A stretch of DNA of 64,000 nucleotides from assembly GCA_041946735.1 (NCBI GenBank), contig JBHGAY010000025.1, positions 9,249-73,248 of the forward strand, given 5' to 3'. The notes beneath the pieces were generated by a model that saw only the letters and a program-made list of their open reading frames with translations, made no database searches and was not told the DNA's origin. The DNA is from Candidatus Eiseniibacteriota bacterium. Lineage in GTDB: Bacteria > Eisenbacteria > RBG-16-71-46 > CAIMUX01 > VGJL01. Position 1 is the stretch's first letter; each line of letters opens with the position of its first letter. This document shows positions 34,362 to 43,681 of this stretch, in pieces. Both the position numbers and the translations under genes were made by a program.

Positions 34362-35852
34362 GTGAGCGCGACCGAGAGGACCGACGAGAAGCTGCTCCTT
34401 CCCCCCGGACGCCTCTGGATCGGAGGGCAATGGCGGGAGGCCCGGACGGGACGCCGCATCCCAACGATCGACCCGACGACCGAGGAGATCTTGACGGAGG
34501 TCGACGCCGCCGGGCCCGAGGACGTCGACGACGCGGTCGGCGCTGCTCGGGCCGCTTTCGAGTCGGGCCCCTGGCCTTCGATGGCCGCGGCAGACCGGGC
34601 GAAGCTGCTCTGGCGGCTCGCCGAGGCGGTCGACGCGCACCTCGAGGAGATCGCGATGCTCGAGGTGCGGGACCAAGGGAAGACCTGGTTCGAAGCCTCG
34701 AAGATCGACACGCCCTTCGGCGCCGCCATCCTGCGCTACTACGCGGGGATCTGCGAGCGCGTCGGCGGCCGGACGATCCCGGTTCGCGGGCAGATCCTCA
34801 ACTACACGCTTCGCGAGCCGGTCGGGGTCGTGGGACTGATCGTCCCCTGGAACTTCCCGCTGCTCCTCGCCCTGTACAAGATCGCCCCGGCGCTCGCCGC
34901 CGGGAACACCGTCGTGGTCAAGCCCTCGGAGCTCACGCCTCTGTCGATCTTGCGCTTCGCCGAGATCGCGAAGGAGGTCGGACTGCCCGACGGCGTGCTC
35001 AACGTCGTGCCGGGGCTCGGTCCGGAGGCGGGCGCGGCGCTCGCCCGTCATCCCGGCATCGACAAGATCGCCTTCACCGGTTCCACCGCGACCGGACGCG
35101 CGGTCATGCACCAGGCCGCCGACGCGCTGACACCGGTCAGCCTGGAGCTGGGCGGCAAGTCGCCCTCGATCGTTTTCGCCGACGCGGATCTCGACGCGGC
35201 CGTCAAGGGAGCGACGGGAGGGATCTTCTATAACAAAGGAGAGGTCTGCTCCGCTGCCAGCCGTCTCTTCGTCGAGGAGCCGATCGCCGAGGAGATCGTC
35301 GAGAGGATCGTCGAGCGCACGAAGACGTTGAAGGTCGGAGACCCTCGCGATCCCAAGGTTCGCGTCGGGCCGGTCGTCTCTAGGTCCCAGCGCGACCGGG
35401 TCCTCTCCTACGTACGGAGCGGGCGCGACGACGGCGCCCGCCTGCGGACCGGCGGCGAGCCGCTCTCGATCGACGGACGCGGCTTCTTCATCCAGCCGGC
35501 TGTCTTCGACCGGGTGCGGGCGGAGATGCGGATCGCGCGCGAGGAGATCTTCGGGCCGGTTCTCTCCGTGTTGACCTTTTCTACCGCCGAGGAGGCGATC
35601 GAGAAAGCCAACGACACTCCGTACGGGCTTGCCGCGGCGGTTTGGACGAACGACATCGGCAAGGCCCATCGAGTCGCCCGCGTCCTTCGCGCCGGGACGG
35701 TCTGGATCAACACGGTGAACCTCTTCGATCCCGCCTCCCCCTTCGGCGGCTACAAGGAGAGCGGCTTCGGGCGCGAGCTGGGGGAAGAGGCGATCGAGAT
35801 GTACACGCAGGTGAAGAGCGTCTGGGTGAACCTGGCGCCCCCCCGCGGATAG
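34362..35852 (+). CDS. Aldehyde dehydrogenase
   Basis: GTG 34362 after GGAGG; PWNFP, KPSELTP, FTGST, LELGGKSP, GEVCSA, EEIFGPV, PFGGYKESGFGRE. Confidence 0.95.
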   Translation: MSATERTDEKLLLPPGRLWIGGQWREARTGRRIPTIDPTTEEILTEVDAAGPEDVDDAVGAARAAFESGPWPSMAAADRAKLLWRLAEAVDAHLEEIAMLEVRDQGKTWFEASKIDTPFGAAILRYYAGICERVGGRTIPVRGQILNYTLREPVGVVGLIVPWNFPLLLALYKIAPALAAGNTVVVKPSELTPLSILRFAEIAKEVGLPDGVLNVVPGLGPEAGAALARHPGIDKIAFTGSTATGRAVMHQAADALTPVSLELGGKSPSIVFADADLDAAVKGATGGIFYNKGEVCSAASRLFVEEPIAEEIVERIVERTKTLKVGDPRDPKVRVGPVVSRSQRDRVLSYVRSGRDDGARLRTGGEPLSIDGRGFFIQPAVFDRVRAEMRIAREEIFGPVLSVLTFSTAEEAIEKANDTPYGLAAAVWTNDIGKAHRVARVLRAGTVWINTVNLFDPASPFGGYKESGFGRELGEEAIEMYTQVKSVWVNLAPPRG

Positions 35853-35929
35853 GGCGTGCGCGCCCGGCGTCCGTGATCGCAACGAAAGGCAGAAAGTAGA
35901 GACGGCTGCGAAGGACGCGACGGAAAGAA

Positions 35930-35980
35930 GGCAGCGAAGGAAGCGAAGGCACCGAAGGCACCGAAGGAAGCGAAGGAAGG
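35930..35980 (+). repeat. Degenerate 9-nt purine-rich tandem repeat (xAxCGAAGG)
   Basis: gcagcgaaggaagcgaaggcaccgaaggcaccgaaggaagcgaaggaagg, directly before the crotonase RBS. Confidence 0.8.
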
Positions 35981-35987
35981 AGTAGGC

Positions 35988-36842
35988 GTGGAGAACGAGA
36001 AGAGCGTGCAGTCGAACGGCCAGGGCAGCGCCGGAGGCGGGACGAGCGATCGCGCCGACAAGATCCTGGTCCACTACGAGACGGATCGCGGAATCGCGGT
36101 GCTCACGATGGACGATCCGCCGGCCAATACGTACACCTACGAAATGATGCGCCAGCTCGACGAGTCGATCCTGCGCACCCGCATGGACGATTCGGTCCAT
36201 GTGATCGTTCTGCGCGGTGCCGGAGAGAAGTTCTTCTCGGCGGGTGCGAACATTGCGATGCTCGCGTCGGTGACTCCGACGTTCAAGTACTACTTCTGCT
36301 TGCACGCCAACGAGACGTTGAACCGGCTCGAGCACACGCCGAAGCTCGTGATCGCGGCGCTGAACGGCCACACGGTCGGCGGCGGCCTCGAGATCGCGAT
36401 GGCGGCCGACATCCGGATCGCGAAGAAGGACGCCGGAAAGATCGGCCTTCCCGAAGTCGCGCTGGGCGTGCTTCCCGGGACGGGCGGCACGCAGCGATTG
36501 ACGAGGATCGTCGGCAAGACGCGCGCGATCGATCTGATGGTCTCCGGGCGCACCTTCACATTCGAGGAGGCGATGGACTGGGGGCTCGTCAATGACGTCT
36601 ACCCACCGACCGATTTCTGGGAGTCGGTGATGGACTACGCGCGGCAGTTCTGTCCTCCGAACAAGGCGGCGAAGGCGGTCGGCCGGATCAAGCGCTCGGT
36701 GCAGTCGGGATGCGACCTGCCGTTCGAGAGTGCGCTGGCGCTCGAACGCGAGCTGCAGCAGCAGCTCTTCCAGTCGGCGGACGCGAAGGAGGGCTTGTCA
36801 GCGTACGTAGAGAAGCGCACCGCGCGTTTTCAGGGAGCGTGA
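35988..36842 (+). CDS. Enoyl-CoA hydratase/isomerase (crotonase) family protein
   Basis: FFSAGANI, VGGGLEIAMAADIR, GLPEVALGVLPGTGGTQRL, DAKEGLSAYVEKR. Confidence 0.93.
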   Translation: MENEKSVQSNGQGSAGGGTSDRADKILVHYETDRGIAVLTMDDPPANTYTYEMMRQLDESILRTRMDDSVHVIVLRGAGEKFFSAGANIAMLASVTPTFKYYFCLHANETLNRLEHTPKLVIAALNGHTVGGGLEIAMAADIRIAKKDAGKIGLPEVALGVLPGTGGTQRLTRIVGKTRAIDLMVSGRTFTFEEAMDWGLVNDVYPPTDFWESVMDYARQFCPPNKAAKAVGRIKRSVQSGCDLPFESALALERELQQQLFQSADAKEGLSAYVEKRTARFQGA

Positions 36843-36867
36843 GGCCGCCACGGGGCCGCGCATCGTC

Positions 36868-37956
36868 ATGAAAGCCTGGCGAATCGAACAGCATGGCGGA
36901 CTCGAGGCGCTGCGCATCGAGGAGATGCCGGCGCCCGAGCCGGGGCCGGGCGAGGTCCGCCTCCGTGTGCGGGCCGTCGGACTGAACCACCTCGACCTCT
37001 GGGTGCGCCGGGGAGTGCCGGGCCACAAGTATCCCCTCCCTTTGACACCGGGCTCGGAAATCAGCGGGACGGTCGATGCCATCGGCCCGGGGGTCCGTGC
37101 CTGGAAGCCGGGCGACCGTGCGCTCGCGGCTCCCGGAATGGGATGCGGCCTGTGCGAGGCGTGCGGCAGCGGCCACGAGCCGCTCTGCCGCTGGTACGGG
37201 ATCCTCGGCGAGATGCGGGACGGAGGCTGCGCCGAGTTCGTCCTGCTCCCGGAGCGCCAGCTTCTGCCGCATCCCGGCGCGGCCGCCGGCGCGGCCGCGG
37301 GCGCGGGCGTGGGCGTGGGCGCGGGCCTCTCCGACGAGGAGGCCGCCGCCCTTCCGCTGACCCTGCTCACCGCTTGGCACATGCTCGTCGGCCGGGCGCA
37401 GCTGCGTCCCGGCGAAACGGTCCTCGTGCAGGCTGCGGGGAGCGGCGTCGGCGTGATGGGGATCCAGATCGCGCGGATCTTCGGCGCGCGCGTCATCGCG
37501 ACCGCCGGATCGGCGGAGAAGGCCGCGAAGGCGCGCGAGATGGGCGCTGAGGAGACGATCCTCTACCGGGAGACCGATCTGGTCGACGAAGTACGCCGGC
37601 TCACGGCAAAGCGAGGGGTCGACGTCGTGTTGGAGAGCGTCGGCGGCGAGACATTCGAGAAAAGCATCCGCGCTCTCGCGAAGGGCGGCCGCCTGGTGAC
37701 CTGCGGCGCCACGGCGGGAGCGCAAGCGGCGATCGACCTGCGCTACGTCTTCTTCAAGAGCCTCTCGATTCTCGGCTCCACGATGGGCAGCCGGGCGGAG
37801 CTGCTCGAAGCGCTGCGCTTCGTCGAGGCGGGCAAGATCCGTCCCGCGGTCGATCGCGTCTTCCCGATGGAGGAGCTGCGCGAAGCGCACGGCTACCTCG
37901 AGGATCGCCGCGCGTTCGGGAAGGTCGTGATGCGGGGCTTCGGAGTCGGGCCATGA
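36868..37956 (+). CDS. Zinc-binding dehydrogenase / quinone oxidoreductase family protein
   Basis: GLNHLDLW, PGSEISG, CGLCEAC...C structural zinc site, AAGSGVG, GSTMG, FGKVV. Confidence 0.9.
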   Translation: MKAWRIEQHGGLEALRIEEMPAPEPGPGEVRLRVRAVGLNHLDLWVRRGVPGHKYPLPLTPGSEISGTVDAIGPGVRAWKPGDRALAAPGMGCGLCEACGSGHEPLCRWYGILGEMRDGGCAEFVLLPERQLLPHPGAAAGAAAGAGVGVGAGLSDEEAAALPLTLLTAWHMLVGRAQLRPGETVLVQAAGSGVGVMGIQIARIFGARVIATAGSAEKAAKAREMGAEETILYRETDLVDEVRRLTAKRGVDVVLESVGGETFEKSIRALAKGGRLVTCGATAGAQAAIDLRYVFFKSLSILGSTMGSRAELLEALRFVEAGKIRPAVDRVFPMEELREAHGYLEDRRAFGKVVMRGFGVGP

Positions 37957-38891
37957 GCGCGGATACGAATGGCGGCGGCGCCGGGACTGGCGGCGAGCGC
38001 GGCGGCGAGCCTGGCGGAGGGGCGGGCGGCGAGCACGCCGCGCCACGCAGGATCGCGGTCCTCGGAGCAGGCACCATGGGGGCAGGAATCGCAGCGCTGG
38101 CGGCGCTGCGCGGCGCCGAGGTGATGCTGTTCGATTCGTCCCCGGAGGCGTTGCGAGCCTGCTTGAGCCGGATTGCGAAGGCGTACGACGGCGCAGTCCG
38201 GCACGAGAAGGCGACGGAGGAGGAGACCGCCGCCGCCCGGCAGCGCGTGCATGCGGCCGGATCGATCGCGGTCGCCGCCCATGGAGCCGAATGGGTGCTG
38301 GAGGCGGTTCCCGAATCGATGAGCCTCAAACAGGAAGTCCTGCACGAAGCGCAAGCTGCGGCCCCCGAGCAGGCGCGGATCGGCACGAACACGTCCTCGC
38401 TTTCCGTCACCGAGATTGCCTCGGCGTGCGGCGATCCCTCGCGCGTGGCCGGCGTGCACTTCTTCAATCCCCCGCTCGCGATGCCGCTCGTCGAGATCGT
38501 GCGGGGCGAGGCGACGTCGGAGGAGACGATCGCGCTGGCCCGATCCCTCGCGGAACACCTCGGCAAGCAGACGATCCTCGTGAGGGATTCCCCCGGCTTC
38601 GCCACTTCGCGGCTCGGAATCGCTCTCGGGAACGAGGCGATGCGGATGCTCGAGACCGGTGTCGCGTCGGCCGAGGACATCGATCGCGCGATGGAGCTGG
38701 GCTACCGCCACCCGATGGGTCCGCTGCGCCTGAGCGACCTGGTCGGACTCGACGTGCGGCTGCGGATCACGGAGCACCTTTACGAGGAGCTGGGGACGGA
38801 TACCTTCCGGCCGCCGCAGATCCTGAAGCGGCTCGTGCGGGCCGGAAAGCTCGGCCGAAAGACGGGCGAAGGCTTTTACCGCTACGAGTGA
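37953..38891 (+). CDS. 3-hydroxyacyl-CoA dehydrogenase
   Basis: GAGTMGAGIA, EAVPE, TNTSSL, HFFNP, DSPGF, HPMGPL, GKLGRKTGEGFY. Confidence 0.93.
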   Translation: MSADTNGGGAGTGGERGGEPGGGAGGEHAAPRRIAVLGAGTMGAGIAALAALRGAEVMLFDSSPEALRACLSRIAKAYDGAVRHEKATEEETAAARQRVHAAGSIAVAAHGAEWVLEAVPESMSLKQEVLHEAQAAAPEQARIGTNTSSLSVTEIASACGDPSRVAGVHFFNPPLAMPLVEIVRGEATSEETIALARSLAEHLGKQTILVRDSPGFATSRLGIALGNEAMRMLETGVASAEDIDRAMELGYRHPMGPLRLSDLVGLDVRLRITEHLYEELGTDTFRPPQILKRLVRAGKLGRKTGEGFYRYE

Positions 38892-38943
38892 TGGGCCGGG
38901 CGGCGAACCGTGGACCCGCGATCCGCCTGTCGCTTATTGCTCC

Positions 38944-39681
38944 TCATCGACTCTTCGTAGCGAGGAACAGACGCGCCGCATCCCCGGTCCACGGGATGGA
39001 TCGCACGTCCACGAATCCCGCTTCGCGCGCCGCGGTCGCGAGCGCGTCCCATCCCGGGAAGGTTTCGACGGACCGGACCATCGCCTCGTAAGCGGCGCGA
39101 TCGCCGCCGAAGAGCCGCGCGGCGCGCGGCAGGATCTTGCGGAAGTAGAGGCGGTAGGCGATCCCCCAGGCTCCCGAGCGGGGGAGCGACATGTCGACGA
39201 ACGCGACGCGCCCCCCCGGAGCGAGGACGATCGCGCAAGCGTGCAGCAGCGACGGCAGGCTCTGAATGTGGCGGAGCGCGAAACCCATGGTCACGGCCGC
39301 GCAGGAGCCGGGACGGAGCGGGATGCGCTCCATTTCGGCGACGACCGCAGGCGCGCCGGCCTGCTGCGGGCGATCGCGCTCGACCTCCCGCAGCTTCGGG
39401 ACGGCGATCCGCAGGAGGGACTCCGATAGGTCGAGCCGGACGATCATCCTCGCGCCATCCTGCCGGCGAAGCGCGACGGCGAGGTCCCCGGTGCCCGAGG
39501 CAAGATCGAGCACAGGACCCGGGGGCGCCTCGCGAAGCGCTTCGCGTGCGGTCGCCCGGCGCCATCTTCGGTCGATCCCGAGGCTCAGGAGATGGTTCAG
39601 CCGGTCGTAGCTCGGCGCGATCGTTTCGAAGAGATCGCGGAGAGCGCGGCGCCGCTCGGTCCACGGAGCGCTGGGAAGCAT
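38944..39681 (-). CDS. UbiE/MenG family methyltransferase
   Basis: FETIAPSYDRLNHLLSLGIDRRWR, VLDLASGTGDL, MGFALR, AYEAMVRSVETFP. Start uncertain. Confidence 0.88.
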   Translation of the reverse strand: MLPSAPWTERRRALRDLFETIAPSYDRLNHLLSLGIDRRWRRATAREALREAPPGPVLDLASGTGDLAVALRRQDGARMIVRLDLSESLLRIAVPKLREVERDRPQQAGAPAVVAEMERIPLRPGSCAAVTMGFALRHIQSLPSLLHACAIVLAPGGRVAFVDMSLPRSGAWGIAYRLYFRKILPRAARLFGGDRAAYEAMVRSVETFPGWDALATAAREAGFVDVRSIPWTGDAARLFLATKSR

Positions 39682-39866
39682 CGACTCCCAGCGCGACCGT
39701 CGATTGCCGCCCGCGTTCGGATCACGATGGGCCGGACCGCGGCCACTCCGACCGGGCCGGCGCCCGCGTGGCCGACTTGTTTCTCCTTCAGGAGACATCG
39801 GCCGGATTGTAGGACGGCAGCTTCGCGCGACGCGACGCCTTCCGTGCCTTCGTTCCGGGAAACGGA

Positions 39867-40337
39867 TCAGCGTACGGGAACCGTCTCGATGTCGGACTGG
39901 AGGAGCTTGCGATCCTCCTCGTCGGTGATCCGCTGTCCGGCATCGACGGCGAGCGCCCGACAGCGGAGAGCCTCCTCCTGGTCGCCACCCACCGCATGCG
40001 CGCGGGCGAGCGCCTCGTAGGCGTAAGCCAGGTCGAAGTCGCCGATCGCGTGCCGCTCGCAGAGATCCAAGCAGCGGCGCGCGTGGTAGAGCGACGGCTC
40101 CGCGCGACCGAGAATCGCGTAGACGCGGCTCACCTGCCACTCGCCGCGAGCGAGATGGACCGGCGTGCCCACCTCTCCCCAGTGGAAGCGCGAAGCATGA
40201 GCTGCGTGGATCATGCGATCCGTCTCCTCGACGGTCCGGTCGTTCTTCTCCATCAGGGTCCAGACTTCGTTGAAAAGGTCGACGGCGGCCTTCTTGTGGA
40301 ACGGCTGCAACGCGGGATCGACGATGCGCTTCTCCAT
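39867..40337 (-). CDS. Conserved hypothetical helical protein
   Basis: ATG 40337 after GGAGG; DLFNEVWTLMEK, MIHAAHASRFHW, RGEWQVSRVYA, AYAYEALARAH. Confidence 0.8.
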   Translation of the reverse strand: MEKRIVDPALQPFHKKAAVDLFNEVWTLMEKNDRTVEETDRMIHAAHASRFHWGEVGTPVHLARGEWQVSRVYAILGRAEPSLYHARRCLDLCERHAIGDFDLAYAYEALARAHAVGGDQEEALRCRALAVDAGQRITDEEDRKLLQSDIETVPVR

Positions 40338-40597
40338 GGGATCCTCCCTGCGCGCGTGCGTTTGCCCGACCGTGTGGAACGGAACGCGGAATCTAGACCA
40401 CACGGGCGCGGAGGATCAAGCCATCGATCGCGCGCCGCCGCGATCGCGCGCGGCGTCCTTTGCATCCTGAAGCGTGCCAGCCGGCCCGCGGGCGGGTCGG
40501 CCGGCTGACCTCCGGACGAACGGTTGGCGGCGACATGAGCGAGAGATGTGTGCGCGCGCGCCGGACGGCTACGATCGAGGGCCGGCGGAGCTGTCCG

Positions 40598-41056
40598 TCA
40601 CGGCTTCCACTCTCCCGCGATCTGCCGCGTCGCGATATTCAGACGGTTCCAGACGTTGATGACGGCCGCCGTCAGAACGAGTCCGGCGAGTTCGCGCTCG
40701 TCGTAATGACGGGCCGCCTCCTTCCAGATTCCATCCGGAACGGGATCGTCCAGGCCGCTGAGCCGAGTGATGGCCTCGGCGAGGCCGAGCGCGGCTCGCT
40801 CTGCCTCGCTGAAGTAGGGCGACTGGCGCCAGGCCGCGACCGCGAAGATTCGCTCGTCCGTCTCCCCTTCCTTCTTCATCACCCGGGGATGTCCGTCCAC
40901 GCACACGGCATCCCCATTGATCTGGCTCGCCCGGAGCTCCATCAGTCGCGCGGTCTTCGCCGGGAGACCGGTCTGCTGCACAGCCGACGACAGCGCATGC
41001 AGCGCCTCCATGGCTCCCGGGACGACGGCCACCGGATTCCTCATACGCGCCTGCAT
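40598..41056 (-). CDS. Carboxymuconolactone decarboxylase/AhpD-like protein (ECF41 target type)
   Basis: LRASQINGDAVCVDGH, AWRQSPYFSEAERAAL, INVWNRLN. Start at 41056 or 41062. Confidence 0.9.
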   Translation of the reverse strand: MQARMRNPVAVVPGAMEALHALSSAVQQTGLPAKTARLMELRASQINGDAVCVDGHPRVMKKEGETDERIFAVAAWRQSPYFSEAERAALGLAEAITRLSGLDDPVPDGIWKEAARHYDERELAGLVLTAAVINVWNRLNIATRQIAGEWKP

Positions 41057-41206
41057 CTCCATCTCCTCGTCTCCTCCTGCGGCCAGTGGTGCTCGCACCG
41101 TGGTTTCCCCTGTGCCGCTGCGGTTTCGGACGTGCCGCTGTGGTTTCGGCCACCGAACAGCCGTCGCAGCGGTCACACGCGGCCCGCCTGCTTCGTCATT
41201 GCCGAT

Positions 41207-41233
41207 GACGGACGAAGACCGGAGGATGTGACG
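41207..41233 (-). promoter_or_regulatory. ECF41-type promoter for the CMD gene
   Basis: CGTCACA-TCCTCCGGTCTTCGTC(16 nt)-CGTC; matches the ECF41 consensus TGTCACA-n16-CGTC except at the first base. Confidence 0.8.
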
Positions 41234-41255
41234 TTCCTCGAGAACGGGAGGCAGG

Positions 41256-42221
41256 ATGGATGGGCAGGACTGGCTCACGGCCCGCTTCGAAGAGAACCGG
41301 GATCATCTGCAGCGCGTCGCCTACCGGATGCTCGGATCCGCCGCGGAGGCGCAGGACGCGGTCCAGGAGGCGTGGCTGCGTTTGAGCCGCGCCGGGACGG
41401 GCGACGTCCGCAATCTGTCCGGATGGCTCACGACCGTCGTTGCCCGGGTCTGCCTCGACATGCTGCGCCGCCGGAGATCCCGTCGCGAGGAGCCGTTCGA
41501 CCCGCTCGACCCGCGCGCCGGCAAGCCGTCTGTTGCGGGCGCGGAGAGCGGCACGGCGGCGCGGCGGCCGGATCAAGAAGCGCTTCTTGCCGACTCGATC
41601 GGCATCGCGCTCCTCGTCGTCCTCGAGAGGCTGACTCCCGCGGAGCGTGTCGCGTTCGTGCTGCACGATCTTTTCGATCTCCCCTTCGACGAGGTCGGCC
41701 CGATCATCGACCGTACGCCCGCAGCTGCTCGACAGCTCGCCAGCCGGGCACGCCGCCGGGTGCAGGGGATCGACCAGGATTCCGCCGTCAACGCGATGCC
41801 AGACCGCGATCGACAGCGGACGGTGGTGGAGGCCTTTCTCGAGGCTTCCCGCGAGGGTGACTTCGGTCGGCTGCTCTCGCTGCTGGATCCCGGCGTGGTC
41901 GTCAGAGCGGACGGCGCCGCCGTGCGGATGGGAGCCCCCGAGATCGTTCGCGGCGCGCCAGCCGTGGCGAAGACGTTCGCCGGCCGTGCTCGCGCCGCTC
42001 AGCCAGCGCTCGTCGACGGTATGGCAGGTCTGGTGTGGGCCGTCGGCGGCACGCCGCGCGTGGTCTTCCGGTTCGTGACGGCAGGCGGACAGGTATTGGC
42101 GATCGAGATGCTGGCTGATTTGCGAACTCTGCAGAATCTCGACCTCGTGATGCTCCGCGGTGCTCGTGACAGCGAAAAGAACGGGGAAACCCAACGCCCG
42201 CGGTCCACCGGAAAGGAGTAG
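41256..42221 (+). CDS. ECF sigma factor, ECF41/SigJ type with SnoaL-like C-terminal extension
   Basis: AYRMLGS..EAQDAVQEAWLR, WLTTVVARVCLDMLR, LERLTPAERVAFVLHD, RQLASRARRRV, ADG, RGA..VA. Confidence 0.92.
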   Translation: MDGQDWLTARFEENRDHLQRVAYRMLGSAAEAQDAVQEAWLRLSRAGTGDVRNLSGWLTTVVARVCLDMLRRRRSRREEPFDPLDPRAGKPSVAGAESGTAARRPDQEALLADSIGIALLVVLERLTPAERVAFVLHDLFDLPFDEVGPIIDRTPAAARQLASRARRRVQGIDQDSAVNAMPDRDRQRTVVEAFLEASREGDFGRLLSLLDPGVVVRADGAAVRMGAPEIVRGAPAVAKTFAGRARAAQPALVDGMAGLVWAVGGTPRVVFRFVTAGGQVLAIEMLADLRTLQNLDLVMLRGARDSEKNGETQRPRSTGKE

Positions 42222-42380
42222 AGTTTTGCCGCTCGAAAGGGAGGCACATTCGTTGGCGCGCCGCCAAGACCTGTTTCGCGACAGACGCGACGCTGCGTCT
42301 CGCGCAGTCGCGAAGGGCGTTCACTGGACTCGCGTCTCGACGAACGAGAAGGCGGGGGCAGCACGAGTGGTGACATTCCA

Positions 42381-42803
42381 GTGAACGATATTCCAGCGAA
42401 CATTCAGATGAACTCGATCGGCGTCGTGCGATCGCGGCTCACGGCGAAGGCGGACGCGCCGCGACAGGGATCGGAGGGCGCTCCGGAGGCCTGGATCGAT
42501 ATCGACCCGCTCTATTCGGATGCGATCGCCGGGATCGTGAGCGGCGATTGGATCCTGCTCCTCACCTGGCTGCACCTCGGCGACCGATCCGTCCTGAAGA
42601 CCCGCCCGCGCGACGATCCGGAGAAGCCGCTCATTGGCGTCTTCGCCACGCGCTCACCCGACCGGCCGAACCCGATTGGTCTGCATCGCGTGCGCGTTCT
42701 GGAGGTCGCGCCCCCGGCGCGCCTGCGCGTCCATCCCCTCGAGGCGATCGACGGAACGCTGATCCTGGATATCAAGCCGGTCCTTCACGAGAACGAGCAA
42801 TAG
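42381..42803 (+). CDS. tsaA: tRNA N6-methyltransferase TrmO/TsaA
   Basis: IGVVRS, APRQG, GVFATRSPDRPNPIGL, LEAIDGT.ILDIKP. Confidence 0.9.
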   Translation: MNDIPANIQMNSIGVVRSRLTAKADAPRQGSEGAPEAWIDIDPLYSDAIAGIVSGDWILLLTWLHLGDRSVLKTRPRDDPEKPLIGVFATRSPDRPNPIGLHRVRVLEVAPPARLRVHPLEAIDGTLILDIKPVLHENEQ

Positions 42804-43008
42804 ACCGACTGGGGACGGATGGAGAGGTGGGGCGCCGCGTGGCGCCCGAGCTGCGGCCGCCGCGGTCGTCGGCCGCGAGTCAACGCCTTCGACCGGGGAC
42901 GACAGCGGATCATCAAGTCGAAACGCCATGACAAGCCCAATCGACTACTGCGTCTCCGCTCGGTTCATCGCGGGTGATAGAGTCGGTCGGTCGGTCAGGA
43001 GGTAGCCG

Positions 43009-43128
43009 ATGTGGAAAGAAATGCTCACAGTCCGGGCCCGGTGGAAACATCAGCCGACACATTTCGAGGGTGACCGGTGTCGCATGCGCTTCCTCATCGC
43101 TGCACAACCCCAATCCTACTTTTCCTAG
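43009..43128 (+). CDS. Candidate small ORF (39 aa)
   Basis: AGGAGGT RBS then MWKEMLTVRARWKHQPTHFEGDRCRMRFLIAAQPQSYFS-TAG; below the ORF-track size cutoff. Confidence 0.35.
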   Translation: MWKEMLTVRARWKHQPTHFEGDRCRMRFLIAAQPQSYFS

Positions 43129-43337
43129 CGGCTTAACCCTTCGGAGTACCTCAACGCAGGCCCCTGGACTGCTGCCAAGTCGGAACCTGCCGATACATGG
43201 GAGGGGGAGAACCGGCTCCGTCTTTCGAAAGTTTCTTGACCACCTCCCCCGCGTGCATCTACCCTCGCTACACGAGAAAGGGGCATCGTGCAGCGGAGCA
43301 ATGGCTGACCCTTCCACCCCCTAAAGGGAGGCCGCCA

Positions 43338-43679
43338 ATGAAGCCGATCCGCTCGAGCGCTAAAGCTTGCCGCTGGGGACTGTTCACCATCCTGATGGTA
43401 ATTGTCCTCATCTGCGGTGCTTTGCCGTCGGCTAACCCCTCCGAGTGCCTGGCAAAGATTCAGCCGATTTCCATGGCGCCTGTGCATGACGGTGACGGCG
43501 ACGAATGGCCCGAAAAGACTGAACCCCCCGCACCGGATTTCGATCTGTCCCGAAACCCGGAACCGACTGAAGTCCCTAACGATTTCTCCGTGAAAGGCAT
43601 GCGCAACTCCAATCACCCCGCACCACTACCTGTGGTGGCTCTAATCCGTCTCCTCATCTTCCGGTCGGTCTTCGGTTGA
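43338..43679 (+). CDS. Small exported protein / peptide precursor (113 aa)
   Basis: GGAGG RBS; N-terminal hydrophobic segment; acidic HDGDGDEW motif; Pro-rich linker; amphipathic C-terminus; stop 2 nt before the regulator ATG. Confidence 0.7.
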   Translation: MKPIRSSAKACRWGLFTILMVIVLICGALPSANPSECLAKIQPISMAPVHDGDGDEWPEKTEPPAPDFDLSRNPEPTEVPNDFSVKGMRNSNHPAPLPVVALIRLLIFRSVFG

Positions 43680-43681
43680 CC

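Noticed and set aside
42913..43317. 134-aa minus-strand ORF in the low-GC block
   Set aside because: No convincing RBS or motif, and it overlaps the better-supported plus-strand small ORF. Not excluded entirely.
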